The position numbers and the translations under genes are program-made. The notes under the pieces are model-generated. The model was not told where the DNA came from and searched no databases. It saw nothing but the letters and a program-made list of their open reading frames with translations. A DNA stretch of 64,000 bases from the human T2T-CHM13v2.0 reference genome, Homo sapiens, in NCBI RefSeq assembly GCF_009914755.1, contig NC_060938.1, one strand, 5' to 3'. The number at the start of each line of letters is the position of its first letter. Position 1 is the stretch's first letter. This document shows positions 54,321 to 64,000 of this stretch, one piece after another.

Positions 54321-55149
54321 CCATTATTACTTCTTAACCTATATTCAAATTGATGGCCAAAATGTTTATTAGGGGTGACGCAAGGCCAGACACTCTTAAC
54401 ATATATGGCTTGATAGTTTTCCTATTGGTGTGGATCAGTTTAATAACAACTCATCTGGGCATTTTTTCAAATAGTAATTGCACTGATATCCAGATATCCA
54501 GATATTTTTTTTTTCTCCATTTTGCTCACGTAGTTATTCTGAGAGTTTTCAGTAGGCAGTGAGGATTTATAAGTGAATACAGACTGTTATTGTTTGCTTC
54601 TTAGGTACCTAGATTATTAGGACTCATGTATTCTTTAATCTAAGTATTCCTTTTATTAATTTCCCTGCAGTATTTTCCAGAAAATATTTCAAGCAGAATA
54701 TACTTATTTTCCAGTTTTGAAAACAACTAGATTGCCCATCTCCATTTCTCTCTATCATCTACTGTATTATTCTATGGACAACTGCCACCCTAATAAGGTA
54801 TTTTGCAAGTCCTCTCTATATTCTCATAGGCATTTTAAAGCTTATCCTTCATGAATGTTGTTTCAGGATTCTGATAGTTGTTAAACTAATTTGGCGTTTT
54901 TAATTGATAAGAAGACAGATGCAACAATTCTATCTCAAGATGCAGACTGTATCTCTTCAGAACCTGAGATTTAGATAAGACACTCAGTTAAATAAATGGT
55001 CAGAAATGGAAAATAATTTTATGCTAGCCCAGGACATACAAGTACAAGCACTGCTTGTCAAGTACCTACTTTAAACTATTGGCATATAAAACAAAGTATG
55101 GAAAAATGTATTGCATACTATATGCCATGTGTTACTTGAGTGAATTTTA

Positions 55150-55305
55150 GAAACCTTATTTTGTTTGCTTTTCAAAACAACCTCATGATGTAGAATGACA
55201 TTATTGACATTTTATACACAAACAAACTGAAGTTCAGAGCAATTAAGCAACTTGCCCAAGACATTTATGTAAGTCAGTAGCAGAGTCTAGATTCAAACTA
55301 TGGTA
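55150..55305 (-). mobile_element. MIR SINE
   Basis: aacaacctcatgatgtag...aaactgaagttcagagcaattaagcaacttgcccaagac...agtcagtagcagagtctagattcaaac. Confidence 0.75.
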
Positions 55306-57957
55306 TCAAATATTTCATTAGGTATTGCTGCCATGAAAAAAATGTGAAACTTATATAAATGAATCAAATACAACGTACATATGAATTTGATATCTCATAA
55401 ATTAGTATCTGCAGTTAATTTCATTTTTACTAAATCCTCTGGGGGAAGCACACTAAACATGTCAAAGATCTTTAGGTAGAAGCTACTTAGAATCAAATAT
55501 ATATACATATATATATATGCCATCAATTTAGGGACGTGGTTCATTTTTCCTGACCTTTTTGAGATAACTCTGGCTTAGGTAATTAAAATGTTGTTAGTAA
55601 TGGTGGTGTATCTGATGGTAAATATTTTAGAAGAAAGTGATGCTTATATAGCAGAGTGTAGTAGTTTAAATACAATTTCTGTTTACTGAAACATTCCGCA
55701 TCAAACATTATAAAAGTAAGATTGGTTAGTGTTGTGCTGAATCACAAAGTGCTTGACAGTGGTCTACCTAATTTTGATCTTCTCTGAAGAACTTTAGAGA
55801 ACAGACTAAATTCAGAATTATGAATGCCATTGGACTAAGTACAGAAAGTATTTTATCTAAGAAGACTGCACCTTCACTAATCTAAACCTTCTGTCTATTG
55901 GAGAGAGAAAAATGGTAAAAAGGCATCCTATCTGCTAGGCCAAGTGTACTCTACACCCCTGAGATGTCTCTGCAGAAATGTCACTAATCACATGTTGGTA
56001 AAAAAACAAAAGCAATCTTGGCAACGTTGCTTTTCCCCCTTCTCATGATGCAACACTCTTCATTTGGAGTAGCCTATGGGGGTATAATATAAATGCCTGG
56101 TCTTATTTAACGTTTATATACATACATTTTGATACACTGTATTGAAATTGCTAATGCATATCCAGTGTTAGCAACTTGGCCTGACCCTGATGCATATTTA
56201 TATTTGATAATCCAAAAGGAACCTCACATTGCTATAGAGAAACAAGAGGTTGCTTCTCAACATGTGGAAAGTGCTGAAGATTTTTAAAAACGTTTGATTG
56301 TTCTGCTTAGTACAGGTACCTCTGACGTTGTAAGCCCAGTTAAGTTGCAAGTTAAGAGCTCAGTAAGAGCTCAATATGAGCTCTTAACTTGGAAGACTCA
56401 CAGATGCATAGAGGGAGAAAGCTTCATTTCTGTTTCTCATAGCTTTCTTTTTCTATTAAGAACAAGGGATGAGGCCAGTCAAGCTATACATTTTACTGAA
56501 CATGATTTCTTCATAAAGATTTTGAAATTAGTTTAACTCCAGTTTAACAGAAATATATTGTAGAAGTGTCTTAGTCACTATGTCTGTCAAAACTCCAACT
56601 TTTGTGCTCCTTACCAAAGATCTGAGGTGAGGACCAATGTCATCCTCCAGATGAATTTGGAATTTGGAACTCTGACCCAGTAACATTATTACCTAATCTA
56701 ATGGGTACAAATCTGGAATATTAGAAACACCTGTGAATCTTTCTTTTAAAAACTACTCAGATTTCTAATTCTGTGGATTTTATTCTGGTAATCTGTACTT
56801 TTAAGAAGCATATCAGACAATTCACATGAATAGTTACATTTTCAATTAATAGCCTGAATTTGGACAATTTTATCCCTATTCTCTAGCCAAGCATCAGGAA
56901 GGGATTTCTCTCTCTTTTCTCTCTGTCCCTAACTCTCTCCTTTTCCCCTCCATAAATACATTTTAAACACTTAGTGTACACCAGGTACAAGAATGCAAAA
57001 CTAATAAGATCCTCTTCCTACCCTCAAAAAGATTATAGCCTTTTAAAAACTATGCATTATCAACTTCAGGAAGAATTTTCATTCTGTCATCCTGAATAAA
57101 ACTTCCTTAGTCTGTATGAAGAGTGACAAATTAGACATATAGCTTTTGTGTCAATCAAGTCATTCTGCATCCTAGTTTCTCTGTTACCAAACACAAAAGA
57201 AAACAAAACAAAAACAGCTCTACTGAACCTTTTTATGTGAACTATTCCTTAGCCCTGTAATCATCTTTTTGGTTTTCTTCATGACCTGTTCCATATGCTA
57301 CAGATGATTACATGGCTGATAATTAGATCCAATATGCATATTTATAATCATATTTTAAGCATGTTAATTGTCATTACACAGCTAAACAATGAGAGCAGTG
57401 TTAGTGTATTGACTTCAGCTCAGTTGTTTCATATCTGCTTTCAACTTTTTTTCCCAAAATATTTCTAAGTTGTTCATTGTGTAATCAAAATGTCTTTGTA
57501 GGCTCATGTCTATTCCTCCACACAGTAACTGCTATCATTACTTAAAGGTCCACTACCTGTCAGGTACTCAATTAGGGCATCTCACAAATGTGTGGAGGAA
57601 AGAATTGAGGAGGTGATGCATGTACATCATAGATGGAAGTGTCTCAAACATGCAATACAGATTATGGATTAATACTACAAATTAATAGCTGTAATATTTA
57701 AGAACACTGTATTTTATACTTACAATAAAAGACTATACATTAGTTACAGTAACGATATTATAGCAGAGCAAGTTGATTGTCAGAGAATGTTATTTGTCTG
57801 TTGACTCATGGCTAATAATTGTTGGTCTTGTACTGGAACCCAGATCTTAGCAATTCCATAGTCTGTGTTGCAAAGTGATATAATATATCAGCTTGTCATA
57901 GGACTAATAATTATGACATATCTGCTTTTAGAGTCCTCAAATTTACACCAGCTTTTT

Positions 57958-58205
57958 TGCAGTGGCACAATCTCAGCTCACTGCAACCTTCACCTGCTGG
58001 GTTCAAGCGATTCTTGTGCCTCAGCATCCTGAGTAACTGGGATTACAGGAACATGCCACTGTGGCCAGCTAATTTTTTTATTTTTAGTAGAGGTGGGGTT
58101 TCACCATGTTGGCCAGATGGGTCTTGAACTCCTGACCTCAAGTGATCTGTCCACCTCAGACTCCCAAAGTGCTGGGATTACAGGCGTGAGCCACCACTCC
58201 TGGCC
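57958..58205 (-). mobile_element. AluS(x)-like element missing its 3'-terminal ~35 nt
   Basis: tgcagtggcacaatctcagctcactgcaacc...cctgacctcaagtgatctg...gagccaccactcctggcc. Confidence 0.92.
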
Positions 58206-58947
58206 TATAACAGCCTTTGAATATCTAGAATGTTTCATAAATCTTTGCATTTTATTAAAAAAAGACAACTTAGGGTCTAACCACACATACACCTACCCTA
58301 ACACATATAGTATTGATTTCATAAAGAAATAGGGTAAGTTGTATAAAGATGAGAGATGCATTTCCATCTTTGATGCTGTTTATCACTCACTTATCCATTT
58401 ATTTAAAAATATGTCTCAAATTCTTACAATGCAGAACAAACTACTCTACAATTAAGTTGATAAGGTTACTTTTGCGTAGGAAATAGGTGAACTCAAACTA
58501 TTTTTACTTAACTCTCACTGTACTATTTAATCATACTGAAAGCATTCAGCACATACTTGACTTCCAGGTGTTGCATACATAAAATATACATTTCTTCAGA
58601 TCCCTGCCCTCTTCTCAATGACCTTGTTAACTTTTCATAGTGAGTACATGCCTACATTTATTTTATTTAATTTGAAATGGCAAAGAATGGCCAAAGAATA
58701 TTTTTTCCCAATAACTTTTAAAAAGGATTGCAGAGCTTTCTTCTTTTGTTAATTTACGAGCAGACTTGCCTACAAAAAGAAGGGGAAGTTAAATGTTTGC
58801 TGATATCTTTTCCAGCCCTGGTATAGTATTGCTGGGCCTATTAGAGATACCTTTCTATAAAGTTCAACACATAATCACACATAGAGTTCTGCCTGAATAT
58901 AGAGATATTAAACTTATATGATCTATCTACTTGTCCTCAGGGTCAAA

Positions 58948-58952
<5 letters not shown>

Positions 58953-58986
<34 letters not shown>
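58953..58986. repeat. (TC)13 microsatellite with an imperfect extension
   Basis: Direct reading. Confidence 0.95.
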
Positions 58987-58987
<1 letters not shown>

Positions 58988-59601
58988 TCACATTCTTCTC
59001 CAATCCCCTCATTGTGTAAAATGACTTGCAACATAGTTCTTCAAAGATTGATGGAGTTCACATTGTATATATTTTACAGGAATATTTTATGCATAGCTAA
59101 ATGTTTGTTCTTAACCAATCAGGTACACTACAATAATTTCTCTACTTCCTAAGTCTTTCTCAAAAAAAAGTCTAGGACTGGTATCCTGGAAATCATTTAT
59201 TTTTAACATTGTTCAGTTTGCTACTCTGTCTTATCAAGGTGTGACTGAGTAGAATAGAAATGCTTGGTATCTCATGTGACTACTCTTGTGGCTGATGTAG
59301 AGCGCCAGGTATGATATAATCCATAGTTTTGTCCTTGCTGCTCCACTATCATGTACATTTCAGATGTGATATCTTTGATATGCCTTTAGAAATTAAATTA
59401 TGGCTCTGTAATATTTCTTTTGTTTCATAAGAACTTAACAATTTCTTAACATTGGCTCATAACAAAATTGACAATTTCCTTGTTCTGTCTTTCTCTCCCT
59501 CTCACTCTTTCCTTCCCTACCTTCTAATCCTGAGTTACATACTTTATTTTGACAAAGACTTCATCAGTGAAAATATGCTTTGACATCAAAATATTAAATA
59601 T

Positions 59602-60010
<409 letters not shown>

Positions 60011-60361
60011 TCATGTCCAAAGACTGTTCCATATTGATTCAAGTTTTCAAAAACATATGTGAAAGTTATGCTTTTAAATTTTTATTTTTAAGAATACAAT
60101 TTTTTCACTTTTTTATCTCAAAATAACCATGCCTTTGAAATGTAAGTTTTTTTTACCCTACGTTCCTTATATCGTAGAGAAATAAATATAAACTTTAAGA
60201 CTCCTTCTTAAACAAATGGATTATTTCTCTTTACAATAATGTGTTTGTTGTTTCTGTTTAATTCATAGCTCAAAGGAAACCATGAGAGACTGTCTAACTA
60301 GACTTTTTGCTTGATTTCCTGGACCCAAGAGCAGGAGTGAGGAGCTTTCTCCTGGTAATTT

Positions 60362-61212
<851 letters not shown>

Positions 61213-61689
61213 GTTTCCTACTGGATATTTGAGTTCTCATGAAGAAATATTCTATATTAATTTTCTTTTGGCTTAGAAAAGTTTCGTATAACTTTTCCCA
61301 AGCCTTCCAGACAAAGCAGCCATTTTCTCATACTGTTTTCAATGATCATTTTCCATAATTAAATTCATGTTTTTCTTCTCCTGTGGAGAGATTTTATAAA
61401 ATAAGAGGCAGCCTCTATAAATATTTATCACTTTTATTTCATGTTAGCAAACACGAACTTATGCATTTAAATACACTTCACTCCCTATATTTTACCTCTT
61501 ATATTATCTGTACTTGTGCTTTTTCACACACTATTTTACATATTCAATAGGTGTTTTTGGTTTTATTTTTCCAAAATTGAATCTTAATTTGCTAATATTC
61601 TGCATTCTGCCTATCCAGGTTCGTGGTCACCTACTCTCTGGCAGTAAATATTTCTAAATTCTTAGAATATTTCTCTTTCAAACTCACTC

Positions 61690-61990
61690 AGTGAGTTTGA
61701 AATTTTGCAGCTCTATCCCTCTCACCTGGCTATGTCCTCTTATCCTCCAAGAGCACTTTCAAGGCTATCCCTCTGAGAAGTATCTCTTCCCATTCTAATT
61801 CTCTTAAGTCTCTCTACTCCTTGAATCCCTTTTGCACTTAAGACTCTGAAGCACAGAATTTAATTCTTTTGTATCTTTGGTTTAACTTCAAGTAGATGGC
61901 ATAATTCTGAAGAACCAACTAAATCTCTCAATGTGCTTTTGTGATCAGAGTAGCAAGTGCAATGTAATGTAAACATACTAATATTGATTG
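61690..61990 (+). mobile_element. L2 3' fragment (degenerate)
   Basis: ccctctcacctggctatgtcctcttatcctccaagagcactttcaaggctatccctctgagaag. Confidence 0.45.
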
Positions 61991-62343
61991 GGGTGTTACT
62001 ACTTAAAAAATATTCAGAATATCATAGCATATTATATTGTCAAATATATGAAAATTTTTGTTATTTTACTTTCCAAAGATTATTTAGAATATAAGTTTTT
62101 TGAGTTCTTAGAGAAGGAATAATTGAGCCATAGAAAAATAAAATGATTTGAGCAAGAACTCATTGCAGATCATCGTATTTGGGATTGTACATTGCAATTT
62201 CTTAGTTGCAGGCGTTTTAAAATAAAAACAATCTCTCCCCTTTTCTTAGATTAAGCATACATTACTCTCTAACACAAAACAAAAAGGAAAAACAGAAGAA
62301 TGACAAGACAATAAAACACCAACATGCTCAGTTATTCAATACT

Positions 62344-62670
62344 TGCTATGACCCAAATATTTCTGTTCCCCCAAAGTTCATATGTTGAAAACTAATATCC
62401 AATGCAATAGTATTAAAAGGTGAGGCTTTTGAGAGGTCATTAGGGCTCAGCACTCATGAATGGGATTAGTGCCCTTATAAAAGAAGCCTGAGGAGGTTTG
62501 TTTACCTCTTTTACCATGTGTAGACATAGCTAGAAGGTGCCGTCTATGAGAAACTGTCCCTCTAGACACCAAATATGCTGGTGCCTTGAGCTGTGAGCAA
62601 CAAAATTTTGTTGCTTATAAATTACCCAGCCTAAGGTATTTCGTTATGGCAGCAGGGACAGGCTAAGATA
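62344..62670 (+). mobile_element. MST (MSTC/D-like) MaLR solo LTR
   Basis: tgctatg...ccaaagttcatatgttgaaa...catgaatgggattagtgcccttataaaag...ataaattacccagcctaaggtatt...ctaagata; perfect 5-bp TSD atact at 62339-62343 and 62671-62675. Confidence 0.9.
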
Positions 62671-63109
62671 ATACTCCTATTTCACTGGAAGGAAAGAATA
62701 TTTCTTAACCACACAGTGCATTGATCATTAAAATTCCTTTATCTAATATTAGTCATATTTTATACTACATATCTATTGTGAAATTATATATTGAAATATA
62801 TCAGTACTAATATATCTAAATTACCTTCTATTTTTAAAAATACTTGTCACCTAGTCATAAATAAAACAATTATTCTTTTTAAAAATAAAATTAATTATAT
62901 ACCAACTATAAGTTTAAGTATATTATATTATAATAAGTCTTGAGCATCTTCTTGACTTGGATTCAGCACAAAAACACAGTTTGAATTGCATCAGTTGGAG
63001 CTGGGACATAGTTTTAAAAAAATTAGCATCATCTATGGCAGGTAATATTTCATGGAAAAAGTCCTAAATTAAATAACCTTTGTTAACTTCACCTGGACCC
63101 TCACTTTGC

Positions 63110-63326
63110 GGGAGGAATAGGAAATTTGATACAGATAGGTACAGAAGGAAGACCATGTGAAGACACAGGGAGAAGATGGCTGTTACAAGCCAAGGAGTGA
63201 GGTGTCAGAAGAATTCTACCCTGCTGACATCTTGATTTCAAACTTGTATCCCCCAAAATAAATTTCACTTGTTAAGGCCATCAGGTTTGTGGTTCTTTGT
63301 GATGAAAACCCTAGTAAAGTAATACA
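63110..63326 (+). mobile_element. MLT1B-like LTR, 3' half
   Basis: gaagaccatgtgaagacacagggagaagatggc...caagccaaggagtgagg...ccctgctgacatcttgatt...ccctagtaaagtaataca. Confidence 0.85.
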
Positions 63327-63329
63327 CAA

Positions 63330-63348
63330 GATATATATATATATATAT
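63330..63348. repeat. (AT)n microsatellite
   Basis: Direct reading. Confidence 0.9.
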
Positions 63349-63399
63349 AATGATTAAGTTTTAACTTATTTTCTATGTATATTTAAAGTGATAAGCAAT

Positions 63400-64000
63400 A
63401 GAGAATTTGATAGGTTATATATACAGAAGGCAATATAGAGTTGGGTTTTGCTTTTCTATCTAGTCTGACAATCTCTGCTGTTTATTGGATCTTTAGCCCA
63501 TTTATATTTAATGTGAATTTTTATACGGTTAACCTTAAGATCATGATCTTACTATTTTTATAATTGTCCCATTTTTTCTTTCTCTTTTCTCTTTTGAACT
63601 GAGAATTTTTTATGATTTAATTTAATCTTTTTTGTTGGCTTATTACACATGACTTGTTATTTTAGCGGTTGCTTTACAGTTTATAGTACATACTATTACT
63701 ATATCACTATCTAGCTTCAACTGATATTATATCACTTCACATAAAATATAAAACCTTTACAAGAGTAAACTTCCATTTCTTACCTCCTGGCCTTTATGGC
63801 ACTACTGTCATATATTTTGCTTTTACATGTTATATGAGATTCACATCACACTGTTATTTTTTAAAGTTACATTTTAAAGAGGTATAGATAATAATACAAT
63901 TCTTTTATAATTACTCATGCAGTTACCATTTTCAGTGCTTTTTATTCCTTTGGGTAGATTCATATTTTTATTTGCTATCATTTCCCTTCAGCCTGAAAGA
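63400..64000 (-). mobile_element. Old L1M fragment running off the window end
   Basis: tctgacaatctctgctgtttattggatctttagcccatttatatttaatgtga...cagttaccattttcagtgctttttattcctttgggtagattc. Confidence 0.7.

Overview
AT-rich, CpG-depleted human genomic DNA that looks intronic or intergenic. The species call rests on a human-specific AluYb8 at 30277. I found no credible protein-coding gene. Nearly every recognisable ORF in the track is an Alu, L1 ORF2 C-terminal or Tigger1 transposase remnant, and the rest look like chance ORFs. The window is a mosaic of 11 Alu-family copies, several L1 fragments (L1PA and old L1M), MIR/L2/CR1 relics, MaLR/ERVL/ERV1 solo LTRs, DNA transposons (Tigger1, MER3, MER5A, MER20, a mariner MITE) and microsatellites. 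I see no novel multi-gene system. Four things stand out. (1) A repeat-poor block at about 49.6-54 kb carries a minus-strand TATA/CCAAT set, two strong splice donors and a CRE, and may be an alternative promoter or first exon of a host gene I cannot name. (2) There is a near-consensus AluYb8. (3) An L1 and an Alu have target-site duplications that abut at one TTAA site. (4) Several template-switch-like inverted or tandem duplications occur. Boundaries and subfamily names of old repeats are approximate and come from recalled consensus sequences, not from a search.
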